DNA of 64,000 bases from contig OZ253449.1 of the NCBI GenBank assembly GCA_965261345.1, positions 2,304,001 through 2,368,000 of the forward strand, read 5' to 3'. Positions 34,850 to 46,300 of the stretch are shown in pieces. The stretch comes from Chloroflexota bacterium (GTDB lineage: Bacteria; Chloroflexota; UBA11872; VXNJ01). The notes beneath the pieces were generated by a model that saw only the letters and a program-made list of their open reading frames with translations, made no database searches and was not told the origin of the DNA. The translations under genes were made by a program, and so were the position numbers. Numbering within the stretch: the first letter of the stretch is position 1; each line of letters begins with the position of its first letter.

Positions 34850-36013
34850 CTAGCGCAACCCCTTCGGGGCCAGGTCGCCAATCGAACTTGCCAAATCGTC
34901 GGAGGATTCCTGGCCGATCTTACGTGCCGTCGGCGGCAGCGGTGTGTCGAACTGGTAATCCGGATCTTGCTGCTGGCGATCCCAGACGTAGAGCATCTCC
35001 CGCCAGGTGCCGATCAATGTGCGTGGCGCGGGCATGTCGTCGGCTATCGCCCGGTGCAGTTTTTTCAGGTTGTAGCACGGGACCCCGGCGTACATGTGAT
35101 GTTCGCAGTGCCAATTCATTCGCCAATAGAGGAACTCGAGGATCGGGATCAGGGTCATCGAGCGGACGCTCTTGCGAAAGTCGGGCGTCTTATCCATGAG
35201 GCCGCAGTGTTGGGGCAAGCCGACAGCATATTGCGCCCAGTTGGCGATGAAGGGAAAAAACGTAAGTATCAGCGGCAGCACCCATTGCCCGGTGAGGACG
35301 GCCGCCACCAGGATCAGGCTGTGGAAGACCAGCTGGATCCGGGCCCAGCGAATGGACTTGCGGTGCTCGACTGGCTGGTCGGCGTGAACCGCGCGCAGCC
35401 ACTCGATGGCTGGAATTTCGGCCGGGCCGTCATAACCCCGGGCCGTGCGAACGGTCTGCACGATCGTGGAAATGAGTCCGCCCTTCCCGAAAGTGCGTCC
35501 GGGTTGTGAGAACACGTTTACCGTAAACAGCTGCAGCAGAAACGTCTTGCCGACGGTCGGTTTTAGTGGCAGCAGCACCTCGCGATCGCCCGCCGGATGC
35601 AGCGTGTAACGGTGGTGGAAGGTATGGCTGGTGTTGTAGTCGTAGGGGTCGTACCAGCCCAATAGGCAAAAGACGTGATTGAAAAAACCATTGAGCCATT
35701 TGGTCCTAAACACTGACCCGTGACCAAGCTCATGCGGTGCAACGCCAATGAAAAAGCTCCCTATCGTGCCATGGGCAAACAGCGCCACGACCAACCCGAT
35801 CCAGATCTGCTGCCACCAGAAAAAATAGGTCAGCGCGCCGGAGAGGGCAAAAAGACCCAGGTGTCCGCCGGCCTGCAGCCAGCCCTGAAGGTCGCTGCGG
35901 CGCGAGATTTCCTTAAGGACGGTACGGTCAATCGGAGATCGGTACCATTCGATCCGCAGGCTCTTGCGCACATCGGCCAGCGGCCGGTAATCCGAATCAG
36001 CTGCTTGGCTCAT
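34850..36013 (-). CDS. Fatty acid desaturase family protein
   Basis: His boxes HELGH, HTFHH and HCEHH. Confidence 0.9.
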   Translation of the reverse strand: MSQAADSDYRPLADVRKSLRIEWYRSPIDRTVLKEISRRSDLQGWLQAGGHLGLFALSGALTYFFWWQQIWIGLVVALFAHGTIGSFFIGVAPHELGHGSVFRTKWLNGFFNHVFCLLGWYDPYDYNTSHTFHHRYTLHPAGDREVLLPLKPTVGKTFLLQLFTVNVFSQPGRTFGKGGLISTIVQTVRTARGYDGPAEIPAIEWLRAVHADQPVEHRKSIRWARIQLVFHSLILVAAVLTGQWVLPLILTFFPFIANWAQYAVGLPQHCGLMDKTPDFRKSVRSMTLIPILEFLYWRMNWHCEHHMYAGVPCYNLKKLHRAIADDMPAPRTLIGTWREMLYVWDRQQQDPDYQFDTPLPPTARKIGQESSDDLASSIGDLAPKGLR

Positions 36014-36329
36014 ATTCGGTCCAGTTCAATTCCGATCTGATCGCGGTGCCATCGCCCTTAAGGTCCGGCTTACCCCGCGTCCGGGTTAATACTCCTGATT
36101 TTCAGTCAGGAATCTGCCGGCTCAGTTCCTTAAATATATCGCTCGCGGGATTGGGTTTTGCGGCGTTGGGAATCGATTACATGGGTCGGCCAATACCGTC
36201 GGTCGGCCTTCTAAGGACCCTCGGCCGTTAAACACCTCCGGTCGGCCCGGGAGGCGACGAAGTCACCCAAGCGACATTTGGGTCCCTTTCAGCGGCCCAT
36301 CGAACACATTTCAGCAGGCGGGCAAAGCT

Positions 36330-36357
36330 ACTCGACATAATTGGCATTATGTTTCAT
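36330..36357. other. dif-like XerC/D recombination site
   Basis: ACTCGACATAA-TTGGCA-TTATGTTTCAT; 11-6-11 layout with inverted ACATAA/TTATGT core, intergenic. Confidence 0.65.
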
Positions 36358-36528
36358 AGCCGGTGTTGTTCGGGTTAAAGTCCGCACCCCTCACGGATCA
36401 AATCACCCTATGTGCATGCCTGCACCTTGACGAAATTCAGCCGGAAATGCCAACTTTTAATTGCGCGGCCATATGGTCCGCTGGGCCGACTGCGGGTTGG
36501 CGCCGTAGCGGCAAGGCCGGGCAAGAAC

Positions 36529-37308
36529 CTATGCGGCTGGGAATTGGCCGACCGGGAAGACGTCATTTATAAGCAAGGAGTTTTGATTCGGGCAGTTCGG
36601 AAGCCAGGTTCGCCGCCATTCGGCCTTTGGAATATGCATCAATAGTTCATCGGCGGACCAGACCTCCGCCTCCAGCTCGTATCGACGGTGACGGCTGATC
36701 GAAACGCCGTCGCCGGGCAACTCAAAACTGATTGGAAACGTCCCAACACCCAGCAGAGTCGTTTCAGTCACGACCGTGCGGGCATCCGGGTCTGAAACGT
36801 CCACCAGCCGAATGCGTAACTGAGCATCGCTAGGTAGAGATTGACCCGCCATTCCCAAATGGATCATCCCGGGTAAGGACTCGATACACCGGTCGTTTGG
36901 GTCGATTGAGACCACGAGCACATCGGTGTTGGTCGGTGCACCGCGCGTTATTACCGGGTGGACGGTGTCATTCACATACAGTAGCTCCTCTCCGAGCCTC
37001 ACCTCGGCCTGCAGCGAATACTGGGCACCAGGGCGAACCTCACGAGGGTCATACGCAATCTGGAACCAGGTTGGCAATTGGCTTGCGCCGCGGATGACGT
37101 CACGCCCAAGCTCCACCGACGACGCGTCGGCGAGCGACGTATCGCGGAGCGATACGACCACAGTTGCACCGCGTGGCAGTTCGATATCTCTATAAAACCG
37201 AACATGGCCTGCCACCGATCCGTCTCCCAACTGGTTGCACGCGAGGGTTAAGAACGCGGAGACCAAAAGCAACGCCGCTCCAAGACATAGTGCCCGTAAA
37301 GGAGTCAT
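36529..37308 (-). CDS. YbaY/YscW-family lipoprotein with tandem domains
   Basis: Lipobox LTLAC; LPRGATVVVSLRDTSLADA, and a second copy LPSDAQLRIRLVDVS. Confidence 0.85.
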   Translation of the reverse strand: MTPLRALCLGAALLLVSAFLTLACNQLGDGSVAGHVRFYRDIELPRGATVVVSLRDTSLADASSVELGRDVIRGASQLPTWFQIAYDPREVRPGAQYSLQAEVRLGEELLYVNDTVHPVITRGAPTNTDVLVVSIDPNDRCIESLPGMIHLGMAGQSLPSDAQLRIRLVDVSDPDARTVVTETTLLGVGTFPISFELPGDGVSISRHRRYELEAEVWSADELLMHIPKAEWRRTWLPNCPNQNSLLINDVFPVGQFPAA

Positions 37309-38129
37309 CTTTTTCGATTCAATATGGTCATAGATGGTTTTGCAGCCCATTCTGCAAAAACCGTATCTTCAGCCGCATTCGGTTACCCGTTACTGCCCGC
37401 AACCGAATTCGCATAGCTCACCAAAGCAGTCGCTTGGCGCGTTGATTTAAGGAATGCGATTTGAGCTACTTCCGGTCGCAGGCCGAAGCTTTCATGCCGG
37501 CATTCTTGCAGGCATTCCCGCGGGTGGCTGTGATCGCCCGGGTACTTCTGACCCACCTCCGCCGCTGGCGAGGGGGCCGCAGCGGCGATGTTGGCGGGCC
37601 AGTTTCTGCGCACCCGGGTACTTAAGTCCGACTGACATTCCCATCGACCTGCCGGCCATCAGCGATCGCTCTGGATTGGGAGATAGGAGTTCAATTTGAG
37701 TCCGACACGCCTCGCCCGCACTCGATCCAAACGGGAAAGGGACGGTTGCCGCCGCGGCCCAGCAGTGCCGATCTGACCGATGCGCTCAGGTTCGACTCCG
37801 ACTGTTAGCGGCTCTACCGGCCGCTCATATTCATCGACGGCGGGCCGGCTGGGCTCGTTGTGGCGACAACTGCCGACCGCGACGACTTCGCAACGCTGGT
37901 CTTCGAGGAGAAGCTGCCGGAATTGCGGTATCGTCGCTTATGGCGAAGAGGGGAACGCAGTCAACAGAGCCGAGGCGGATTTCGGTATTGTGGTGGCGCC
38001 AAGGCATCCGAGAGCCTTCACACCGGTGGAACCGAAATAGCGAGCATTTTGCAAAATTTGCTCCCCGTGGTTCGAGCCCACAGTTCGCTGCAGTCGCTCG
38101 AACTCTTCAAAGATCAGGCTGGAACCGAC

Positions 38130-38600
38130 TCAGCAAATAGTTGAGTAGGCGTCCGGTTCAAATATGCCGTTGGCAAGCTGAATTTCGCGGACGTAGCAGA
38201 TGATATCCTCCACGTCATCCGGAGAGACGCCAGCGACGGGAGGCATGTCGCCGAAGGACCAGTGGTGTTGCTTCGTTCCCTGGCTGACCGCGTTGCGAAT
38301 GCTGAAGTCCGAGTGATGGCCGGGATGATAAACGCTGTCGATTAGAGTCGGGCCCAGATTGGTCCCGGCAGCGCCCACTCCGTGGCAGACCGAGCAGTTG
38401 ACATTGAACACTTCTTCGCCTGCCCGAGCCGTGTCGGACAAGACATACCCTTCCCTCAAAGCCTGTTCAGGCCCGTTCGAATCGGCAATATCGTACCCGG
38501 AGGTGCTCCCATCACCACATCCAGTCATCAAGAGCAGGACGAAGGATGCGACGAGGACATGGATCAGGAGCCTTCCAACTGATATTTGGCTTCTGGTCAC
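38130..38600 (-). CDS. Monoheme cytochrome c lipoprotein
   Basis: CSVCH heme motif, distal Met (FGDMPP) and lipobox-like MTGC; start uncertain. Confidence 0.88.
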   Translation of the reverse strand: MTRSQISVGRLLIHVLVASFVLLLMTGCGDGSTSGYDIADSNGPEQALREGYVLSDTARAGEEVFNVNCSVCHGVGAAGTNLGPTLIDSVYHPGHHSDFSIRNAVSQGTKQHHWSFGDMPPVAGVSPDDVEDIICYVREIQLANGIFEPDAYSTIC

Positions 38601-38840
38601 TAACGGAGATTCCCATCGTTGAGGCATCCACCGAGCATCCGCAAATCTTCGGATGGCCCAGCTGTGATCGCCGGATTGCAATTGACCCGTCCGGGTCGTA
38701 TATTTTCCGCTCGGTTTCCCGCCGATGATGGTCTCATCCATTGGTGAGCGGTAATGGAAAGCAAAATTCAATTTCCAGCGGCCGCGGCAGCTTTTCGGGC
38801 TCAATCGAGCCGCTACCGGCCGATCCAGTCTGCCCGGGCG

Positions 38841-39701
38841 CTATCCCAATTTGCTTTTGAGAAACCCGATCACACGGTCGGCAACCCACTCGGACTCGAA
38901 TTCGCCGCCGCCGTGCCCTGAGCCTTTGAGCAGGTGAAATTCAGCGGTGTCTGGGCCGAATTTGCCCTTTAATGCTTCATGTAACCGCACTGATTGCGGC
39001 GCCCCGATCAGCCGATCGCTGTCGCCGTGCATGATCAGGAACGGCGGTGCCGAATTGGCTTGTTCAAGGAATGAGAGGGGGCTTGCCTGATAGGCCAATG
39101 TGGGGTTTTCGTCGACCACTGCACCGATCAGGTCAGATTCAGGAGACCCGGCCTCGCCGTTCGGCGGTGATCCCCGCTCAACACCGGTTAGGCCGATGTC
39201 ATGGTCCATGTGTTCAAAGTGGATCGGACCGAACCAGTCCACCACCGCATGAATTCGCAGGGTCGGGTTATCGGATAAGGCGATCCCCATCATTGCCGAC
39301 AGGTGACCGCCGGCTGATGAACCGAACGCGGCTATCCGATCGCTATCAAATCCGTAGCGGTCAGCGTTTTCGCGTATGAACCTGCTCACATTGGTCAGGT
39401 CTTCAAGTTGGGCCGGCCAGACTGCTTGCTGACTGAGTCGGTAGTTGATGCTAACGATCGCCATTCCTGCATCCAGCAGGCGCCTTGCCAGCTTGGGTTC
39501 CCGCTTGTCCCCCAACCGAAATGCACCGCCGTGAATCCAAACGACGACCGGGTACCCACCACCTTCGCCATCCGGCAAATAGATATCGCACACATTCCGG
39601 AGCGCGATGTCCGAATACGCGACATTGATGTGCGTCGGCGCGGGATGGCCGCTGGCGTCATGCGGCGAATCTACTGTCCGCAATTCTTGCTCCGCACTCA
39701 T
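38841..39701 (-). CDS. Alpha/beta hydrolase (HSL-like esterase)
   Basis: HGGAF, GSSAG, HGDSD and GSGHG. Confidence 0.92.
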   Translation of the reverse strand: MSAEQELRTVDSPHDASGHPAPTHINVAYSDIALRNVCDIYLPDGEGGGYPVVVWIHGGAFRLGDKREPKLARRLLDAGMAIVSINYRLSQQAVWPAQLEDLTNVSRFIRENADRYGFDSDRIAAFGSSAGGHLSAMMGIALSDNPTLRIHAVVDWFGPIHFEHMDHDIGLTGVERGSPPNGEAGSPESDLIGAVVDENPTLAYQASPLSFLEQANSAPPFLIMHGDSDRLIGAPQSVRLHEALKGKFGPDTAEFHLLKGSGHGGGEFESEWVADRVIGFLKSKLG

Positions 39702-39967
39702 CTCCGGCAGTCCGAATCTGAAGATTTGTTCACATTAGATCCTGCCCGGTGACTTCGAACGCGCCTTAGGGAACGCGCCCAAATCGAACGGCGGCCTGCG
39801 ATTAATCTCCTGGGCACGCTGCGCGCGCGTTGGAACGGGCACCAAATTGCCGTCAATTGGCAGAGCAACGATTGCGCCGAGACCGCATGTCCGCTTCAAG
39901 CAACACGATCCGATATTTGGGAATTTCAACTGCCCACGCCCCAGGGGTTCTGGGCCGATGCGGGATG

Positions 39968-40019
39968 TATTCCTCTACCGGCAACAGCACGACGCGCACC
40001 CAAATGTCTACGGGCAGCA
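39968..40019 (-). repeat. Diverged duplicate of the 3' end of the M16 peptidase gene (43308-43359)
   Basis: 52-nt match with 5 mismatches; reads LPVDIWVRVVLLPVEE versus LPVDIYVRVVLLPVEE. Confidence 0.9.
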
Positions 40020-40398
40020 GGTTGCGGTCGTGCGCCGATTGGTGGCCGATCTGGACATTCCGATCCGGATCGTGGCCGTTCCCACCGTGCGCCAAGGACG
40101 GGGCTGGCGCTGGACGCCCGCAACACCCACCTTTCCCTCGCCCAGCGGGCGGCGGCGCCTGACGCCTACCGCGCTGTTGGCAACCCGGAACCGGTTCGGG
40201 AACCAACTTTTGTCGGCCGCCGGACTGGCGGGCTTCTGCCGCGGACTGCTTGAGGCCCAACCGGCGATCGCTGCCATCGATTACGTGGCCACCGTTGATC
40301 CCGACACGATGGATCCGTGGGAAAGCGGGCCCTGCATGCTGGCGGTGGCGGTTCGAATCGGCAGTGTGCGCCTGATCGACAACCGGATCCTGAACTGA
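40020..40398 (+). pseudogene. panC: C-terminal fragment of pantoate-beta-alanine ligase
   Basis: QQVAVVRRLVADLDIPIRIVAVPTVR...IDYVATVDPDT...AVRIGSVRLIDN; the N-terminal half is absent. Confidence 0.8.
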
Positions 40399-40529
40399 GC
40401 ACCGGTCGGTCGCTGCTAACTTGACCGGGCCGACCTTAGGATTTGGCAATTGGACTAGGGCAGCGCCGACCCTGCAGATTGCGATCGCACCCGGGCGGCG
40501 GCTGTGTGCCGCGGAGAGTGTGAACGCCG

Positions 40530-41699
40530 ATGATTACAAGGTTTGGTACCCTCTACGCCGGGCACGTCGATTTGGACGATATCGGATTGGCCGGCGTTCC
40601 GGTCAATGAACGCTGGCTGTCCGATGAACGCCTGGCCGGCGTTTTTGGCAAGACCGAGGCGATCGCCACGGTAATGGACGAGGTCGGCTACGACACTCTT
40701 TGGCTGGCCGAGCACCATTTCCAGCGCGAAGGCTACGAGTGCATCCCCAATCTGCTGCTGCTCGGCGTGCATCTGGCGCACCTGACCAAAAAGATCAAGA
40801 TCGGCTGCGGCTTCAACGTCGCCCCGATGTGGAATCCGCTGCGTTTGGCCGAAGACTACGCCACCGCCGACATCCTCACCGGCGGGCGGGTCATCTTTGG
40901 AGTGGGGCGCGGCTATCACACCCGCGAGGTCGAATCCTTCGGCGCCCCGATGCTGGACCAGGATGTCAATCGCGACTTGTTCGAGGAACAGGTCGACATA
41001 GTCTTTAAGGCATTCAACAATCGCGCCTTTTCCCACCACGGCAAGGCCTACACGATTCCGCCGCGGGTCCCCTATCGTGGCTACGAGTTAGAGGAGATCA
41101 CGCTGGTGCCGCGACCGCGCACGCTGCCGGTTGAGTGCTACCAGCCGCTGGTGAGCGCCAGCCAGCGCGGGATGGACTTTATGGTCAAGCACGGGATCAA
41201 GGGCATGGTCGGCGGCGGGGCCGCGTCCGGTGGGGCGTCCGACAAAGTCGTACGGGCGTGGCGCGAAACGTTGGCCCGGGCCGGTCGCGAGACCGAGCTG
41301 GGCGCCGACCTGATCATCGGGTTCTCCTTGCATCTGGCCGATACCGAGGAAAAGGCGATTGCCGAGGCGACCAAGTTCTTCGAGGAGGACATGAAGATGT
41401 TTGCCCCGCTGGGGTTCGCCCGGGCTACCCCGGAGCAGTTGGCGGCGCTGGAAGACCCGGCGCTGATCGCTAAAACTCCGCTGCCGACGATTCGCGACGG
41501 CATCGAACGCGGTTCTTGGCTGTGCGGACCTCCAGAAATGGTCGCCGAAAAACTCATGGCCGCCCAGGATCTCTATCCCGGCCTCACGCAGATAAATATC
41601 GGCTCAGTAGTTGGTACGCCCAAGGACGTGATCCTCGAGCAGCTGCGCTGGTTCGGCAACGAGGTAATGCCCGAATTCAAGGCCCAGGCCAGCTCCTAG
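40530..41699 (+). CDS. LLM-class flavin-dependent oxidoreductase
   Basis: WLAEHHF, NPLRLAED and GRVIFGVGRGY. Confidence 0.93.
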   Translation: MITRFGTLYAGHVDLDDIGLAGVPVNERWLSDERLAGVFGKTEAIATVMDEVGYDTLWLAEHHFQREGYECIPNLLLLGVHLAHLTKKIKIGCGFNVAPMWNPLRLAEDYATADILTGGRVIFGVGRGYHTREVESFGAPMLDQDVNRDLFEEQVDIVFKAFNNRAFSHHGKAYTIPPRVPYRGYELEEITLVPRPRTLPVECYQPLVSASQRGMDFMVKHGIKGMVGGGAASGGASDKVVRAWRETLARAGRETELGADLIIGFSLHLADTEEKAIAEATKFFEEDMKMFAPLGFARATPEQLAALEDPALIAKTPLPTIRDGIERGSWLCGPPEMVAEKLMAAQDLYPGLTQINIGSVVGTPKDVILEQLRWFGNEVMPEFKAQASS

Positions 41700-41701
41700 G
41701 C

Positions 41702-42825
41702 TGTCCTATTTCCGAGTACCTGCGACAGGTGAGCGCCTAATTTCGTAGGGGTCACTTAAGGCATCCTGCTGTGTTACCACACGCAGCTAAGGATTCCCGC
41801 TGTGACCCCCGAGGACACGATATACCGCTACCGCCTGCGCACTCTGGCATTGGCCAGGGAAATCGGCAGTGTAAGGGCCGCCTGCCGGGTGATGGGCATC
41901 CATCACTCGACCTATTACCGCTGGAAGTCGCAGGCCGACCGCTTCGGGGTTGACATCCTGCGACCGCGGGAGCGCCGCCGTCCGCAGATGCCGAATTCAA
42001 TCTCGCTGTTGATCGAGCAGCGCATCCTGGCGTTCTCAATCGGCAATCCCGGTCTTGGTCCTGCACGGATAGCGGCCGAACTGGCCCGGCAGAAATGGGG
42101 CGGGCTAAGGGTCTCACCCTCCGGCATCTGGAGGGTGCTAAAGCGCCATGGGCTAAACACCAGGTCCAAGCGTCTGGCATTGGTGGCCGGCTATGCCGCC
42201 CCGCCCGGGCCGCAGCCACTCGAACCTGAACCCGAGCGCCACCTGGATGTTGATTACCCCGGGCAGCTGGTGCAGCTGGACTGCTTCCATATCGGAAGAC
42301 TCTCCGGCACCAGAGGGACCCTGTGGCAGTACACCGCCATTGACGTGGCCTCATCCTTCGTCTGGGCCGAACTGCACACCAGTCCGCGCAATCCCTCGGC
42401 CCGATGGACATCGCGGCTGGCCCGAAGGGTGGCTAAGGACCTGGCCGCCAGGGGCTGGAAGCTGAAAGCTGTCATGACCGACAACGGCTCCGAGTTCCGA
42501 TCACACCAGTTCAGGGAGATGGTTGCCGCCCTTAGCGCCCGCCAGAAGTTCATTCATGCCGGAAGGCCCCAGACCAACGGTTGCGTCGAACGGGTCCAAG
42601 GGACCATCCTTCAGGAGTGCTGGAAGCCGGCCTTTGCCCGTTACCTGGTCCCCAAGCAAACTGGATTAAGACGCGAGTTGAACCGTTATCTGCGCTACTA
42701 CAACCGCGATCGCGCTCACACCGGCAGGTGGAACCTGGGCAGGACCCCCGAAGCGGTCATCGGCAAGGGCAGAATCTATGCTTGAGAAACAGCGGGATGT
42801 GTCGCTAGATCTCCGAAACGGGACA
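41702..42825 (+). mobile_element. IS481-family element with intact transposase (41802-42785)
   Basis: TGT...ACA ends (TGTCCTATTTCCGAG / CTCCGAAACGGGACA). Direct repeat TCCTAGGC on both sides contains the CTAG target and the LLM stop codon. DDE motifs QLDC, TDNGSEF and NGCVER. Confidence 0.92.
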
Positions 42826-42833
42826 TCCTAGGC

Positions 42834-43070
42834 GCGCGGCCCTTGCCAGTCCCTGGGCCTGGAACGGGCACGCCTGGGCTATCGAGCCCTTAAAGAATGA
42901 GACCACCGCGCCGGCCAACAGCAGGAACCCGGTGCCGGTGTAGAGCAGGTTCATGCCCGCCAGGAACGCCGACCCAGCCCCGCTGTCAGCACTGGAATCG
43001 ACCGTGGCTGAGGTCGGGAGCAAACCCCATCGCCGCCATCATGCCGACGCTCTGAGTGATCGGGGCGCCG
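42834..43070 (-). pseudogene. C-terminal fragment of an MFS-type transporter
   Basis: AFLAGMNLLYTGTGFLLLAGAVVSFFKG resembles the last helix of DHA2-type MFS proteins. Confidence 0.5.
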
Positions 43071-43306
43071 TTGATCAATGCCAGCGGAGTCGATTCAGAG
43101 ACCCGCGAAATCGTATACATTCCGGCAGCGGTGCGCCGTCACCCAACCCTCCAAACGGCGTGCGCCCTCGACCGGACGCCCGATTCCCGCAAATAGAGCG
43201 GTCAACGTTGGTTCCGGGACTGAATGTCTACCTCAGAATGCACGATCTCGACGTCTTGGAATCGCCAGTCAATCGCAGCAGCGGGCCTCTAAACGCAATC
43301 TGGATG

Positions 43307-46300
43307 CTATTCCTCTACCGGCAACAGCACTACACGCACATAAATGTCGACGGGCAGCACGCGTAGAGCAACGGCCTCAATCTCAGAAATCGTCACCGCT
43401 TCCAAACGCTCCTCGAATTCGCCAAATTGCGAGACTGGCTCTTCTCGTTGCGACGCATTCAGGATCTGTCTCAGCCAATAGCCGTTTTCGCGCAACTGTT
43501 CCTCGCGCGAGGAGAGGAATTGCTCCTTGACCGTATCCAGGTACTCCATTTCACCGCCGGCGCGCAGCCACGCGATCTCCTCCAGCACAACCGCAAGCAA
43601 TTCATCGGTGCGCGTGGGATCACTTCCAAAAACGATTGATACCTGGTATTCGGGATCGGGCAAGCGGCTGCGGCTCGCGTTTACCTGAACGCTGTAAGTT
43701 CCGCCGAGGTCTTCACGAACTCTCTCGCGCAGTCGAATCCCCAGCATCTCGCCCGCAACAGAGAGCGCCAGCGCTTCCTGTCGGCTAAATTCGGCCTTGC
43801 CAGCGAACACCAGCACCGTTGCGGCGCGCGGTTCAATACCGCTGCGGACGACATGGTCCTCCAGTCCGGTCGGCGGGTCGATCCCGACATCGCGCCACTG
43901 CTCGACATCGCCTATGGAAGGAAGGCTTGCCAGGTACGTTTCCGTAAGCGAACGCAAGTTATCCCAATCGAAGGCGCCCACGAATACAAACGTCGAATCA
44001 CCCAGATTTTGGAATCGGTCAGAATACACCGATTCCACCCGGCCGGCATCCAGCTCGGCAAGCGTTTCCACCGTCAGTGGACGCTCCCGAAAGTGGCTTT
44101 GGCTGAGCACGGTGCCAACTCTGTCAAATAGAACCGAGTCGGGGTCGGCGGCGCGGGCTTCGGCAACGCTTTGCAGGCTCGCTTCGTATCTGGAAAAGTA
44201 GGCTGGATCCAGTCGCGGCTGAGTCGCGTAGAGAGTTATCAATTGGAAAAGGGTTTCAAGATCCTGCGGCGAGGCGCCGCCACTGAATCCCTCGAACAGC
44301 TCCCCGATGTAGGGGGACACCGAAACTCTTTTGCCGGCCAGCAGCTTGTCGAGCGCGACACTGTCGTGCAGGCCAACTCCGCTGCCGGAAACTATCGCGT
44401 CCGCGTATTGCGCCGACACATGGTCATCATCGTCCACCAGCGAGTGTCCGCCGGGGCTATAGGAGCTAAACGCCACTTCATCGTTACGGAAGTCGGTTTG
44501 CTTGGCGATAACCGTGATGCCGTTGGATAACGTCCACCGCACCGCATCGATAGATTCGAGTTGCTCTTCCTTGGTTATGCTTCCTGGGACTGGCGGGTTC
44601 GCCAGCAACGGAATGTCGTCGAGGGAGTCCTCAAAGGGGTCAAGGTCAAGCGTGCTGCCGGCTTGGATCTGCGTTAGTAAAGTCGTGGCCAATTCGCCAT
44701 CGGTGATGGAGCCTTCAGTCACGGGGCGAACAACCAGGAGTGCCGTATCTTCAAGTTGGGTCCAGGATTCTTTGAGCGCGTCGAAGTCCGCAAGGTCGAT
44801 CTGGGGCAGCAGTTCCTGGTACAACTCCCACTCGGCCGCGATTCCCGGCGCCGGTATGCCGCTGAGGAAATGGACCGTGTATTCATCGGCCAGGCTTGCC
44901 GACGGAATCTGGTCGCGTTGCTTGTACGCACTTTCAACCGCCCGCAGAAGCGTGATCTTCTCGCGCGCCAATTCGGTGTCGGTAAAACCGTGCAAGCGAA
45001 CTCGGTGCATCTCTTCGAGCACCGCCTCCAGACCCCGCTCAACCCCATCCTGCTCGACCCACCCCGAAAACGTCAGGATGTCCAGGGATTCCACGAACGG
45101 TAATCGTCCCGCCCCCGCCTGCAGGTAAGGCGGATCCACCACCTGGGCCCGCTCGAACAGGCGTGCATTGAGCATCATGAAGGCCAGTTGTTCCACCACG
45201 TAACGTTTAAAGGACACTAGGCCCTGACCGCTGTCGGGGCGCAGCTTTCGGATCAAGATGAACTGGGTGCCGGGCGATTCGGGATCGGTGAAAACTTCGA
45301 TCTGCGGAATATCGTGGCTGGGAACATCAATTCGAGGCCGGTCGGTAGGGCCCCCGACCGCGGCGCGATCCTGGCTGGCCTGCCCCTCCGGCGGCGGCGC
45401 AAAGTGCTGCTCAATCTTGCTTTTGATTACAGCAGGGTCAAAGTCTCCAACTGCGATGAGCGCCATCTGATCAGGCCTGTACCAGCGTTCGTAGTAATCG
45501 CGCAACCTTTGGACGGGCGCAGTTTCAATGACCGATGTCAAACCAATCGGGGCGCGCTGAGCATAGCGCGAGGAACCAAATAGCAGCATTAAAAAGTTGT
45601 CTTGGATGCGTGAAGAAAAGCCCTGGCTCAGTCGCCACTCTTCCAGGACCACGCCCCGCTCCAATTCGACCTCCTCCGGTTCAAAGGCAATTGCGAAGGC
45701 CCAATCGCTCAGGATCTGAAACGCGGTCTCGGTGATCTCGGGGTCATAGGTCGGAATCTCAATCCAGAAAAGGGTGTCGTCAAAGCCGGTGCGGGCGTTG
45801 ATGTCGGGGCCGAAGGTGCCGCCGACGGATTCAAGGTACTCGACGATTTCCTGCTTGGCGAAGCGCTCCGTCCCGTTGAACGCCATGTGCTCGACGAAGT
45901 GAGCCAGTCCGCGCTGGTCCTCGTCTTCGTGAACCGAACCGCCTTTGACGACAAGGAGAAACTCGGCCCTTTCACGTGGTTCCACGTTTTTTTTGATGTA
46001 GTAGGAAACGCCATTGGAAAGGGTGCCACGGACGACGGTGGGGTCAAATGGGAGGGGTGGGCCCACCTCGAGCTCCGGGACGATTACGGAGGCGGGTGTC
46101 GGGCTCGGTGCGGGTTCGGGCTGGACCGGAGCTGGAGTCGGACTCGCCGTCGGCGCAGGAGTTGCCGGTGCGGCGGTTGCGGTGGGCGCCGGACTTGCAG
46201 TCGGCGTGGGCGAGGGTGTCGAATCCGGTTCCGGATCGCAGGCGACCAAGGCAATCAGCACGAGCACGGACAGAATTGCGGCCAATGCCGACTTTAGATT

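Noticed and set aside
36218-36233. 16-bp exact repeat CCCTCGGCCGTTAAAC, also at 48609-48624
   Set aside because: One 16-mer repeat is roughly expected by chance in 64 kb, and it does not extend.
37780-37815. GGTTCGACTCC T-loop-like motif
   Set aside because: No pairing T-stem, acceptor stem or cloverleaf, so not a tRNA.
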